In this document: positions 41,842-55,119 of the stretch, piece by piece
Position numbering within the stretch: the first letter of the stretch is position 1
How the letters are laid out: every line of letters begins with the position of its first letter
Assembly: GCA_951406725.2 (NCBI GenBank)
Contig: OX597815.1
Coordinates: 10,912,001 to 10,976,000 of the forward strand
Source: Octopus vulgaris
Taxonomy: Eukaryota
Length of the DNA: 64,000 nt
Reading direction: 5' to 3'
The notes under the pieces: generated by a model
What the model saw: the letters and a program-made list of their open reading frames with translations, nothing else
What the model was told of the DNA's origin: nothing
Database searches by the model: none
Made by a program: the position numbers and the translations under genes

Positions 41842-42880
41842 ATGGACATGAGTTAGAATAAGAACAGTAATAAACGAGTGAAGAACAAATATATAGTGCG
41901 TGTGTTTATTTGGCAAAAAAATTACCATCCCAAAATACAATATGTTTCAACACACGAATTCACATCAGCAGTCTTGCCTCATAAATTCATATATATATAT
42001 ATATATATATATATAAATTTATGAACTTATGACTATATACATATATATATAAATTTATGAATTTATGAATATATACATATATATATAAATTTATGAATTT
42101 ATGAATATATATATATCGTTGCTGTCATGTAAACTTTACTTTTTCAGAAAACTAAAAAATAGTTTCACCATTCCAAAGCAAAACTGTTGTTCTACACTTT
42201 GCTAATTTTTTATATCTTGGCACCTGAACTAGCTGGAGATACGATGGTTTGTAGGCATGTACATGTATGTGTGTATATATGCATATATATATATTATTTA
42301 TATTATTTACACACACACACACTCACACACACACATATATATATATATATATACAACTATGTATATACATATATATACATACATATATACATACATATGC
42401 ATGTATACGTATACATCTCTATATATACATATATACACATATATATGCATACATACATATATATATATACATAATATATATGTGTATAGATAAATATGTA
42501 TGCATGTATATATGTAATGTGAGATAATAATTTCACTTGTAAGAGTTTCACCATTATTAGTTACACTATGTATATATTATATACATAGTGAAAGTATTAA
42601 TAGTGAAACTATTAAAACTGAAACTTTTATCTCACATTACAATAGAGGTGTTATTGTTTCACTTTTGACACATAATACCGAAACAGTCTAAGAAATTGCT
42701 CCGGGCTCGCATCAGACAAGAAGTTGAGATTGTTTCTAGCCCATGATACTCCATGGCCCCTAAGTGGTGTATGTGTAAAATTTGAATGAAATCGGTTGAG
42801 TATTCCTCGAGTTTTAGTGATGCACACATACAGACAGACAGAGACACACACACACTCTCTCTCAGTTATATATATATATT

Positions 42881-42988
<108 letters not shown>

Positions 42989-43788
42989 CTATCTATCTAT
43001 CTATATATATATATATATATATATGTATATACATATTATTTTACACGCACACACACACACACACACACACATATATGATGGGGACTCGTTAAACATTACA
43101 CTGTTAAACCGGATATCGTATGGAACGGCCAGTATCTATCTATTTGAGCCTCCTCTACCATCTTTGTAGGGGCATATTTTGATTCTATTAGGGAAATACT
43201 GTATCCTGACCACAGGTGATAAAATCATCATAAATAGTTGATGCATTTAATATAATCGCGAATCATAAATCGGAAATTTATTTTTTCTGTCCTTGCGATG
43301 AGATGTGTGCTACGAGATAACATGGCACACTCAAAAGAAGCTAGTTATGATATGAGTGGATGGTAGGATAACGGGAGATTGATTAAACTATGGACACGAA
43401 ACAAAGGAATGATTAGCAGAATGTCATCAGCTGTACATTCTGTTAATTATTCTATTTTACACCCCTCTGTAAGAAATATACCTTTTTTTTAGAACTCTGC
43501 ACCACTTTGCTAATTTCTTAATTTTACTATTTTTTCAATAAATTTCTTGCTACTCACTGTGATTGTTTTTTCGTATCCAGAAGTTACTTATATAAATAAG
43601 GTTTACACTATCTTAGATATGAAGAAATAACCTATGCTTATTCTTGAGTAATATCTATGTCAAGTGAGTGAATTCCTTATGACAGCACAGAACAAACTGC
43701 TGTGATAACCGCCTCACGTAACACAACTTGCGTTGAAATGCAATTGTCGTCGATATTATCAGCTATGTATTCCTTGTATTTTACATAT

Positions 43789-43930
43789 CATGGCTTTAAG
43801 GGAGAGCAAGAATCTAATGAAGAAGCACGTATCCTTATTTGTAGACCAGAAACTGGAACTTATGAAGAAGATAGAGGCAAATACTTCAGTGGCAAGAGTT
43901 TATAGTGTAACGATGTAAACCAGCTGTGAA
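43789..43930 (+). mobile_element. Tigger/pogo transposase N-terminal HTH remnant
   Basis: KKHVSLFVDQKLELMKKIEANTSVARV resembles the CENP-B/psq N-terminus of Tigger/Jerky-like proteins. Confidence 0.5.
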
Positions 43931-44635
43931 AATTGAAACACTAAAGGTGAGGTTAAGTAATTGAGTGTGAAAAACTAAATTCTCAAATGTGTAATGGAAA
44001 TAAAATGGATTGTGTTAGCAGTTGGTCACTATCTTGGAATAACCAAGCTTTTAAGAATGAAGTTTCCACACCTGATTGTCAGTTTTAGAATTGAGCGATT
44101 TTCGGGGTTGCATTTCTCGAACACAGACGGTATGCACCTTTTGAAGTTAATGGTGGTGTGGATGTAAGCAGGTGCACGAGTTTTTACATCCCAGGTACAA
44201 GTGCATTATTACCATTCCAAGAAAATGTGTTCAGCACAATACCTATCTATAATGATATTGCTCCTTCGCATTGTGCTTGCAGTGTGTAATTAATAGAAAG
44301 GTGTCCTAAAAATTTCTGCTTATGAAATGTAGGTGCCAATAATTTTGACGCACCTACTCACTCAATGTGGTAACCGGATTGATAGTAATGTTTTAAAATA
44401 TGATGGTTATTCTTGTGACGCTTCAGACAGTGCATCAAAACATAGATGTTGTTTGGAAGAGATTGTACTAACAAAGATATTTGGACAAAGTTCTTGTGGT
44501 GACAGAAGTAGAAGAGGCTAAAGAAGGCATACGAGGAGGATTTGAGGCAATGGATAGATATTCAGCATATAATTTAAAGAGTACACGAAACATATATCAC
44601 AGAAGACGATTTTAGATTGTAGCTAGAATCCAGCA

Positions 44636-45020
44636 GTGGAGGCGCAATGGCCTAGTGGTTAGGGCAGCGGACTCGCGGTCATAAGATCGCGGTTTCGATT
44701 CCCAGACCGGGCGTTGTGAGTGTTTATTGAGCGAAAACACCTAAAAGCTCCACGAGGCTCCGGCAGGGATGGTGGTGGTTCCTGCTGTACTCTTTCACCA
44801 CAACTTTCTCTCATTCTTACTTCCTGTTTCTGTTGTACCTGTATTTCAAAGGGCCGGCCCTGTCACTCTCTGTGTCACGCTGAATATCCCCGAGAACTAC
44901 GTTAAGGGTACACGTGTCTGTGGAGTGCTCAGCCACTTACACGTTAATTTCACGAGCAGGCTGTTCCGTTGATTCGGATCAACCGGAACCCTCATCGTCG
45001 TAACCGACGGAGTGCTTCCA
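44636..45020 (+). mobile_element. tRNA-derived SINE family B, full length
   Basis: GTGGAGGCGCAATGGCCTAGTGGTTAGGG...GGTTTCGATTCCC tRNA head; TSD AGAATCCAG(C/T)A. Confidence 0.9.
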
Positions 45021-45203
45021 GAATCCAGTATCAGGGAGAGTAATCGTAGATATTTGTTAAACTGTTAATGGAAGAAACAGTGGATGGTGTTCTCGATGGC
45101 CACAGCAAAGTTAATGACGCTAAGGAAGACAACGAAGCATTGCCCAGGAAACTTAAACTATACGAGAATACTTTGTTTACGTCGTTTAGCAGGTTGACAA
45201 CAA

Positions 45204-45433
45204 GGCGGCGAGCTGGCAGAATCGTTAGCACGCCGGGCGAAATGCGTAGCTGTATTTCGTCTGCCGTTACGTTCTGAGTTCAAATTCCGCCGAGGTCGAC
45301 TTTGCCTTTCATCCTTTCAGGGTCGATAAATTAAGTACCATTTACGCACTAGGGTCGATGTAATCGACTTAATCCGTTTGTCTGTCCTTGTTTGTCCACT
45401 TTATGTTTAGTCCCTTGTGGGTAGTAAAGAAAT
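45204..45433 (+). mobile_element. SINE family C
   Basis: TSD AGGTTGACAACAA. Confidence 0.9.
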
Positions 45434-45619
45434 AGGTTGACAACAATTTTAACATCTTAGAGATGTAAAAGAACTCAATATCCAGAGGTAGTCTCTACAA
45501 GATAAACAGTTGGAACTCAACTAATTCTTCAAGCAAGTTCGTCCCAGTTCTGCTGCAGCTGATAAACTGGCTGATCGTGTTGTTAGTCGATCTGTTGTTG
45601 GTCCTGTCCCTTCTCAGTT

Positions 45620-45840
45620 ATCTCAAACTTCTACGAATAAGCAGAAAAACCTTGTGAAGCATACTAGCTTTACTAACTCATAATGACAAGTTATCATCTT
45701 TACTTCTATCCCTATCTCCACTATGTCGTGGTTCCTTAGTAGAGATAGAGATAGAGGTAAAAATGATAACTTGTCATTACGAGTTAGTAGAGCTAGTATG
45801 CGCCACTAGTTTTTTTTCTACCTTTTCGTACATGTCTGAG
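45620..45840. repeat. Long hairpin with ~100 bp arms and ~12 nt loop
   Basis: GCATACTAGCTTTACTAACTCATAATGACAAGTTATCAT... pairs with ...ATGATAACTTGTCATTACGAGTTAGTAGAGCTAGTATGC. Confidence 0.85.
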
Positions 45841-46074
45841 GTAAGTCATATGAAATATATACTTATATATCTTATTTACTTAAAAGGTGTTTACAGTATT
45901 TTCTTTAATTTTGTTATTGTTTGCCGTGTTTAACGTACAATATCTATATTTCCAATTTCGTATATGAGTGTAAAACCAGTTTCTATTATCCATTAAAAAG
46001 GCCAATAGTTAAAGCGGACACTATCCCACAATTAGTACGGTTTAATGAGGGTTCACTGTACACACACGTATGTG

Positions 46075-46140
<66 letters not shown>

Positions 46141-46144
<4 letters not shown>

Positions 46145-46555
46145 AGTGGCTGTGTGGTAAGTAGCTTGCTAACCAACCACATGATTCCGGGTTCAGTCCC
46201 ACTGCGTGGCATCTTGGGCAAGTGTCTTCTGCTATAGCCCCGGGCCAACCAATGCCTTGTGAGTGGATTTGGTAGACGGAAACTGAAAGAAGCCTGTCGT
46301 ATATATATATGTATATGTATATAAGTGTGTGTGTATATGTTTGTGTGTCTGTGTTTGTCCCCCTAGCATTGCTTGACAACCGATGCTGGTGTGTTTACGT
46401 CCCCGCCAATTAGCGGTACGGCAAAAGAGACCGATAGAATAAGTACTGGGCTTACAAAGAATAAGTCCCGGGGTCGATTTGCTCGACTAAAGGCGGTGCT
46501 CCAGCATGGCCGCAGTCAAATGACTGAAACAAGTAAAAGAGTAAAAGAGTAAGAG
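46141..46555 (+). mobile_element. SINE family A
   Basis: Matches family A. Confidence 0.9.
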
Positions 46556-46634
46556 TATACATATATATATGTACATAATTGAAAAAAATGGAGTCAACAA
46601 GAAGGGGTACGGTTGGACATTTATTTTTTATAAT

Positions 46635-46812
46635 CATTTACAATCGTTTCGACGCCACGCAGTTCTCCAGGTGCGCAGGTACTTGATTATGCAACTGTCT
46701 CCCTACATTATGAGATCTAGTTGTGTATAATGCTACTACTGGGTAGCACAGGGTAAATCTGAAGGTGGACGGGCTTTATACTATTATACCCTACTACGTC
46801 CTTAACAGAATA
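46635..46812 (-). ncRNA. Possible highly degenerate hammerhead with long stem II
   Basis: Minus strand TATT CTGTTAA G GACGT ... GCGTC GAAA CGATTG TA AATG; two mismatches in the CUGAUGA box. Confidence 0.25.
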
Positions 46813-47041
46813 TACCATAACTATATATTTGTGTATATGTGTGTGTGTGTGTGTGTATGTATGCGCGCGTGTGAGTATATATATGTGTTTATATATATAT
46901 TTACGGAGATGTACTTGCATACCGAGTGACTTGGTCTGAGATCGTGTGCTGGAACGAAAACAATTGCAGCGTGGAAGGTGTTTATAAGCCATTTAAGAAA
47001 CACACAAAAACCGTTAGATTCACTTCAACATTTAAATTTAA

Positions 47042-47092
47042 TTTGTCGAAATATTTTCGGCGCTTTGAGACCGCGACCTGTTCACTGACAAA
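47042..47092 (-). ncRNA. Minimal type I hammerhead-like motif with G3-C8 swapped core
   Basis: Minus strand reads TTTGTCA GTGAACA G GTCGC-ggtctcaaa-GCGCC GAAA ATAT TT CGACAAA. Stem I TTTGTC/GACAAA, palindromic stem III AATATT, core GUGAACA. Confidence 0.65.
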
Positions 47093-47116
47093 ACTTCGTG
47101 CTGCAGCACGGTTTTA

Positions 47117-47119
47117 ATG

Positions 47120-47171
<52 letters not shown>

Positions 47172-47179
47172 TAATAATA

Positions 47180-47213
<34 letters not shown>

Positions 47214-47234
47214 TTAATAATAATAATAATAATG

Positions 47235-47283
<49 letters not shown>

Positions 47284-47309
47284 TAATAATAATAATGATA
47301 ATAATAATG

Positions 47310-47362
<53 letters not shown>

Positions 47363-47375
47363 GATAATAATAATG

Positions 47376-47428
<53 letters not shown>

Positions 47429-47456
47429 GATAATAATAATAATAATAATAATAATG

Positions 47457-47493
<37 letters not shown>

Positions 47494-47507
47494 TAATAAT
47501 AATAATG

Positions 47508-47562
<55 letters not shown>

Positions 47563-47597
47563 TAATAATAATAATGATAATAATAACAATAATAATG

Positions 47598-47639
<42 letters not shown>
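47117..47639. repeat. (AAT)n/(GAT) microsatellite
   Basis: Direct inspection. Confidence 0.97.
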
Positions 47640-48117
47640 GTCTTGGTATAAAAGATGGGCTACAGCAAATATTCTGCTCAATACCACAGATTTGCTTGTC
47701 AGTTGTTTGACCTTAACCAGTTGAGCATGTCCCTTAGTGGCTGACGATATGTGCATCTCTGATCACGAGCAGAAGTAGTGGGGGAGTATCATAGCCATGT
47801 GTTGAGAGGGATTCTTTGGGGTTTGAATAATTCACCTCTGGAAACATGGGTGGTTCTTTCAGCATCCTTAGACAACCCTTATTCAGGGACCTTTTGAGCA
47901 GGATAGGCTACTCAACCTGAAGAAAATTCTAACTGGGCCCCACCTGCAAGGTCATGTGCTGTTTATCTTGATATGAGATCACCATGTCACGCACATATGG
48001 TTGTGATGCATATACCTAGTGTACCTTTATCAGACGGGTAGTCATGATGGGTATATTGGGCTTCGTATATTTTACCCCAGTGTCACTTTGATGGCATGAA
48101 CTGCTCTCTCACTCAAT
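47640..48117 (+). mobile_element. Family D copy, 5' truncated, between (TAA)n tracts
   Basis: Aligns by eye with 61861-62338. Confidence 0.8.
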
Positions 48118-48118
48118 G

Positions 48119-48189
<71 letters not shown>

Positions 48190-48659
48190 TTCTTAAGTAA
48201 CCAGAAGATGGATTTGGTATTTTTGTACAACGATCGTTTTGTCCCAACCTGCTACTGTCCCTTATCGGTGGGACTCCGTTCAATATGTCGTGTTGCATCC
48301 ATTTTGGAGTCTGGGTCTCATCAGATGCATCCATACATAAAGTTGTGCATGGCTGTGCCTGATGTTATGTATGGATACACCTGATGAGCCCCAAAACTGC
48401 AAAATGAATGCAACACTACATGTTGAACGGAGTCCCACCCATAAGGGGCAGTAGCAGGTTGCGTCGAAGCGCCTCTTGTACAAAAAGATTAATACCAAAT
48501 CCATATTATTATTATTATTAACATTGCAGAGTTCCTGAAGTAATATACCAGAGTTCCAACGGTAATATACCCCGGCTGCAGGTGACACGAGGTAGCACAA
48601 ACTGTGCCAGTGCTCTACTAAACACTTCAACACACTAATCGACATATACTTATTAGTCG

Positions 48660-48817
48660 AGTAGTTTTGTGGTAAGTAGCTTGCTTACCAGCCACATGGG
48701 TCCGGGATCAGTCCCACTGCGTGACGCCATAGGCAAGTGACTTCTACTATAGCCTCAGGTCGCCCAAAGCCTTGTGAGTGGATCTGGTAGACGGAAACTG
48801 AAAGAAGCCCGTTGTAC

Positions 48818-48856
<39 letters not shown>

Positions 48857-48915
48857 CATATACATACATACATATATATACATATACATACATACATACA
48901 TATATATACATATAC

Positions 48916-49014
<99 letters not shown>

Positions 49015-49180
49015 AGTGTGTTTGTGTTTGCGTCCCCGTAACTTAGCGGTTCGGCAAAAGAACCCGATAGAATAAGCACTAGGCTTACAAAGAATAAGTA
49101 TCGGGGGTCGATTTGTTCGACTAAAGGCAGTGCTCCAGCATGGCCGTAGTCAAATGACTGAAACAAGTAAAAAAAAAAAA
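48660..49180 (+). mobile_element. SINE family A with expanded internal microsatellite
   Basis: Matches family A; internal (TA)/(CATA)/(TG) tract of about 200 bp. Confidence 0.85.
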
Positions 49181-49228
49181 AGAATATATATACACACATG
49201 CATATATAATATATATACATATACATAC

Positions 49229-49272
<44 letters not shown>

Positions 49273-49899
49273 ACATATATATATATTTATACATATATAT
49301 ATACATATACATATATATATATATGTATATATATGTATATATATATGCACATGTATATACAATATATATATACATGTATATATAATGCATTGTCTTTCCA
49401 ATGTAAGATGGGAATTAATGAGTTTGAATTAATAATTAGGCTGAAATAGACGTGCAATTTCTGAACATGAGTAATTACGTATCGTTTGTAATGAACAGAG
49501 TTTTATGATGTGCTATTATCAATTCGTGGACATTGGATGTAAGCACATATTTTTGTGTTAATTATCACATACAGTTATAGAGCTATGTTTGTTAGTTTAT
49601 CCATATGTATAATGATGATCTTTATGATAGTGATTCCATTTTAATGATACATGAATTATTTTAGATGGCATAAAATAATTAATTTCCGATCATGTCACAA
49701 CACGAACAAACGGAAAGAGGATGTCGCTGGGTTTTTTGTTATTTTCATAAAAATTGAGCTTCTCTTTGAAAAAGAACCGCCATATCCTTCTTCCTCAAAA
49801 ATATTCATAGCGAATCAATACGCAATTTAAATTATTGAAAATATTTACAATTGATAAAAACAACAATTATTGGCAGTTGCGATTCTAAACGATTTATAC

Positions 49900-49913
49900 T
49901 TACACACACACAC

Positions 49914-49969
<56 letters not shown>

Positions 49970-49988
49970 CATATACATACATACTTGC

Positions 49989-50045
<57 letters not shown>

Positions 50046-50079
50046 CATATATATATATGTATATACATATATATATATG

Positions 50080-50122
<43 letters not shown>

Positions 50123-50125
50123 GTA

Positions 50126-50175
<50 letters not shown>

Positions 50176-50176
50176 C

Positions 50177-50255
<79 letters not shown>
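49900..50255. repeat. (TA)n microsatellite
   Basis: Direct inspection. Confidence 0.95.
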
Positions 50256-50257
<2 letters not shown>

Positions 50258-50935
50258 TTTGTGTTAGCGCTAGAAGCCACGTGTTAAAGCGAAAAAGAAA
50301 TTGCGATACAAACACAATGTAGAGTAAGAAGTCTTTTTAAAAGTTTTGATTGTCAATATTATAAGAAGGAAAATATAATTTTCTGAAAGTTAAAAAAAAA
50401 AAACCCAAAAAAAAAAAGAAACCCAGAAAACAACCTGGATCAAACCAAGAACAAAGTCCTCGATAATATTCGTTTGTTTCTCTTATCTGTTTTTCTCTCA
50501 CGAAATGAAAAGATGAAATAAACGATATTTTCCATTAAAAGTCGATGAAATTGGAAAATAATTGCAATGAACATGCACACGCACACGCAAACGCGCGTGC
50601 ACGCACACGCAAACGCACGTGCACGCACGCGCGCACGCACGCGCACACGCACGCATGCAGACACACATACGCCTCCCCGCCTACGAACACAATTTGTTTA
50701 AATTTCGAGTCTCCTTTTCCAGATTATCCCAACGAAATATTTAAGATAGATATGTAGATGGTGTCATATTCAAGTTTGAAGCAGTAATAATGAGGTATTA
50801 TAAAGTTCAAATTTAAGGGGATGATATTTTTTTTGTTTTGTTGTTTTTTTTGTTTTGACAAAAACATTTTCAGAAGTATTTGGTTTTTGGATTTGGTGTA
50901 CAAGATTCTTTATATGAGTTCGTGTGTTGAAGCAT

Positions 50936-51228
50936 ATTCTGTTGTGTCTGGAGAGAGTCATTTTCTTTTTGCGCCTTATAATCTAACACACTCACCGGTA
51001 AAATTTCCACTTTTTCCTTATTTTTATTGTCCTAAAATTTTCGTTGCGTCTTGCAACCTATTCAATAGTCTTCCCTTTTGTTTGTTTGTACGCATAAGTG
51101 TCGGTCAGTGTGTGTGTGTGTGTGCCTATACATACATACATACATACATACATACATACATACATACATACATACATACATACATACATACATACATACA
51201 CACATGCATACATACATACATACATACA

Positions 51229-51262
<34 letters not shown>

Positions 51263-51512
51263 CATACATACATACGTACATGCATGCATGTATAGGCACA
51301 CATATACACACACTGACCCACACACATGCACACAAACAAACAAAAGAGAAAGCAGTGTAAATAACGGACAGTGTCAAGACTATTGAAAAGGTTGCAAGAC
51401 ACAACGAAAATTTTAGGAGAATAAAATTAAGAAAAAAGTGGAAATTTTACCGGTGAGTGTGTTAGATTATAAGGCACAAAAAGAAAATGACTCTCACCAG
51501 ACACAATAGAAT
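50936..51512. repeat. Fold-back element with ~190 bp arms around (CATA)n
   Basis: 50936-51072 pairs with 51376-51512; 51076-51130 pairs with 51291-51346. Confidence 0.88.
51372..51420 (+). ncRNA. Hammerhead-like motif with U3-A8 core (inverted copy at 51028-51072)
   Basis: TTGAAAA (51383-51389) G GTTGC-aagac-ACAAC GAAA ATTT TA GG. The inverted copy has a perfect stem II GTTGC/GCAAC but core TTGAATA. Stem I is weak or interrupted. Confidence 0.5.
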
Positions 51513-51769
51513 TTTCAGAAGTGTATCATTCACATTGCAGTTCGTTATTAGATGCCTAACCTCGGTAAGATAACTGTGTATATTCAATGCATGCATGACT
51601 GGAGATTCAGTTTTTGTTTTGACTAGCATTGAAAATGTGCATGCATGTGTAAGTCTGTTGTTATCCCTTCCGCAACCATTTTCTCTTTAAATTGTGGAAT
51701 GTATGCATATCAGACCGCTCGTGAGTACTACGGGTAATATGTAATCCCTTATAGGATCGTCGATGACTA

Positions 51770-52248
51770 AACAGAGGTTGAAACAGCTAAGACTCTACTC
51801 CCTGGAAAGAAGAGGTATGCAGTAATATATATCTGGAAGATCCTGGAAGGAATTGTGCTAAATTTTGGCATTGAAAGCTACACCAATGCCAGAACGGGAC
51901 GACACTGCATAGTGCCAAAGATCCCAGCAATGCCATCATGCTTCAGGACCAGTTACTGCAACAACCTGGGTTTCAAGGGCCCACAGCTTTTTTAATATTC
52001 TCCCAAAGAGTCTGAGGAACTTGCACAAAGTAGATGTAGGGGTTTTTAAATCAAAGCTGGACCTCTTCCTGTCGAGAGTCCCAGATGAGCCTACCTCACA
52101 GCAAGAGGTGCAAATGAGGGTAGCTATATAAAACTCCATTCTTCATCAAGTGCCACATATTAGAGGAGACTCTTAGTAATAATAGTGTAGCGCAAAACGG
52201 CGGTGCATCAGCATGGCCACAGCTCTGAGCTGAAACTTTAAAAAAAAA
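51770..52248 (+). mobile_element. CR1-like LINE 3' end
   Basis: RLKQLRLYSLERR...WKILEG...GPQLFNILPKSLRN...FKSKLDLFLSRVPDEP, then a short 3' UTR and A-tail. Confidence 0.8.
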
Positions 52249-52659
52249 CCGCTACCAGGTTAAACTAGGGAGGAAGTTTGCTGCAAACCCTGTCCAACAA
52301 AAGTAATAACCGCCAAAAGAACTGAGAAACCTAGCATGTAGTCAACGACTATCTACTAACACCGTGAGAACATAAAAATTTGATTTGCTGTCGAGCGAGC
52401 TGCAAAGCAACTGGGAGTGGGACAACCCTTCGTTTTCGTTAAATCATCTTTCTAGAAGTTTACTCTGATATATAAAACCTGTTGCACAGAGTATGGTCTT
52501 ACCCTATTCCGGCACCTATCCGGTTTATCTCTGGATCATACCAATGGGATGAAGGTAGTAAAGGAGATATTTGATGGCCTTATTGGATCTAAAATCAGTA
52601 TTGACATTCTTGATTTTCCTAATAGCTAGTGATAATATCGTTGGACTCGATAGAAGCAC

Positions 52660-53192
52660 ATGTGTGTATGTATGTTTGTATGTATGTATGTATGTATGTA
52701 CATACATACATACAAACATACATACATACATACACAAACTCCCTGAACATACATACATATATACGTACATACATACATACATACATACATATGCATGTAT
52801 GTATGCATGCATGTATGTATGCATGTATGAATGTATGTATGTGTGTATGTATGTATTATGTATGTATGCATGTATGTATGTATGCATGTATGTATGCATG
52901 TATGTATGCATGTTTGTATGAATGTTTGTATGTATGTATGTATGTATGTATGTATGTATGTGAGTGTGTATGTATGTATGTATGTATGTATGTATGTATG
53001 TATGTATGCATGTCTGCATGTATGTATGTGTATGTATGTATGTATGTATGTATGTATGTATGTATGTATGTATGTATGTATGTATGTATGTATGCATGCA
53101 TGCATGCATGTATGTATGTATGTATGTATGTGTATGTATGTATGTATGTGTGTGTATGTATGTATGTATGTATGTACGTATGTATGTATGTA

Positions 53193-53227
<35 letters not shown>

Positions 53228-53252
53228 ATGTGTGTGTGTGTATGTATGTATG
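52660..53252. repeat. (TATG)n microsatellite
   Basis: Direct inspection. Confidence 0.95.
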
Positions 53253-54060
53253 CCATTATTCAGTTTTATTTCAAGATTTCTTGCCAATAGAGAAGGAACC
53301 GGTTTCTAACTTAGATCCAAGGTTCCTTCATTGGAATTTCAACATCAGTAACAGAGTATTTTTGTATGTATGTATGTATATTTTGTGAAAACCAGCTGCC
53401 CTCTGGACACCACTATGGTTATAAAAATAGAGAAGAAAGAATGCGTTTATCGTCTAATGGTTAAGACTTTGCAAATACCGTATCCCGGATATTCTTCCAG
53501 TTTCATACCTATTATTGGAGTAACACGATACGTACAAATCCGCCTGGAGCAAAATATGGCCGAACATGGGTTCTTAGGGAGACAAGCCAACTTCAGCTCC
53601 TTAATTTATACGCTACAAAGGATTCTGATATTATGGGATAATAAAGATCTGCAAGACGTTAAAAGATAATGAAAAATCAAGATGTCTTCCTTAGCCAACT
53701 CATGCTAAATGTTACATGTGTATGTATTAACAAGTATTGATTAAATGCGTAGAAGAATCTTTACCTTATGATTGTCGTAGTTTTATATTAGTTTATAACA
53801 AGCATGACGTTTATGAAATTGCTTCTAAGTGCATTTACAACATTGCATTTATAAAATGACTGATATCTATATACATACATACACATACAAACGCACACAT
53901 GCACACATATATAATGTTGTGTTTTAATATTTGATATCGTGAAATCCTGGGCGAACGCTTACTGATTAACGAGTGTTTATTTTGCTGGGAAGTAAAAATT
54001 GGATAACAATGGTCCATGGTGCAGAAAAATAAATAATGCAAGTCGCTCATAAGTCACACA

Positions 54061-54437
54061 CATCATCATCATCATCATCATTGTCCGACCGTGGTCGAGA
54101 CAATGGAATTTACCATGCTACGCCAGACTTCACGGTCCATCATGGCATTACGGAGGTCCTGTTGCTGGATGCCTGTATCCCTGGAGATTACATCAGGGTA
54201 GGAGAGTGTGCGCCCTCTGGTATTGCGACTAGATGGCTTCCAGAGGAGAAGAGTAGAAATTACCTCATTTTCAGCTCTACAACAATGTCCAGCAAACTGG
54301 ACTCTCTTACCTTTCACAAGAGATGACACAGGTGGTAGTTTCCCATATATTTGCATTTTGGTTGGATGACGCTTCCACGAGAGATTTTGAGCTCTCATAA
54401 GGAGGCGAGTGTAGGTTCCATCCAACCGTCTCTCAAG
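54061..54437 (-). mobile_element. RTE-type LINE 3' end with (TGA)n tail
   Basis: LDGTYTRLLMRAQNLSWK...RVQFAGHCCR...LLLW...RGR...AMMDREVWRS, stop, then TGA repeats. Confidence 0.8.
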
Positions 54438-54732
54438 TCACACACAGACACATGAGAAATTGACCTGCGATATATTTGAAGTTTTCTAGAGATTATTTAC
54501 TAGTGTTTTGTTGTGGTTGCTGTCGCTTATTACATTTCACAGTTCCAAATGATCGCAACACAACAATCTCCGCTAATAGCAGCCAATAATGAAGTATTAT
54601 AATGAGGTATTATAAAACTGGATGACTTGATGTGCCTGCTATAAAAAAAGAGGTGGGCTCAGCACCATATATAACAGGACTATATTTTAAAACACACCAA
54701 GTACATGATGATCTCGGGTTAAACTACACCTA

Positions 54733-55119
54733 TAGGAAGCACTCCGTCGTTTACGACGACGAGGGTTCCTGTTGATCCGATCAACGGAACAGCCTGCTCG
54801 TGAAATTAACGTGTAAGTGGCTGAGCACTCCACAGACACGTGTGTACCCTTAACGTAGTTCACGGGGATATTCAGCGTGACACAGAGAGTGACAAGGCCG
54901 GCCCCTTGAAATACAGGTACAACAGAAACAGGAAGTAAGAGTGAGAGAAAGTTGTGGTGAAAGAGTACAGCAGGGATCACCACCATCCCCTGCCGGAGCC
55001 TCGTGGAGCTTTAGGTGTTTTCGCTCAATAAACACTCACAACGCCCTGTCTGGGAATCGAAACCGCGATCGTACGACCGCGAGTCCGCTGCCCTAACCAC
55101 TGGGTCATTGCGCCTCCAC
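54733..55119 (-). mobile_element. SINE family B
   Basis: Reverse complement of family B; TSD TAAACTACACCTA. Confidence 0.9.

Larger units (their letters stand above)
39891..41943 (-). mobile_element. 5'-truncated Penelope-like retroelement with RT and GIY-YIG remnant and inverted pseudo-LTRs
   Basis: Minus strand 41790-40660 gives YYVDDINI, TIDYPSKHPDYRLPVLD, RMQFSGY, CKVRNIVYSLRC, YIGETARS and LRQITEA, with stops and frameshifts. 39891-40048 is repeated inverted at 41793-41943 and both copies carry a hammerhead. Confidence 0.88.

Noticed and set aside
44636-44715. tRNA gene
   Set aside because: tRNA-like head of SINE family B, followed by SINE body and enclosed by a TSD.
53290-53352. GAAACCGGTT with a small hairpin on the minus strand
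   Set aside because: No acceptable CUGANGA or 3-8 compensated box at the right distance.
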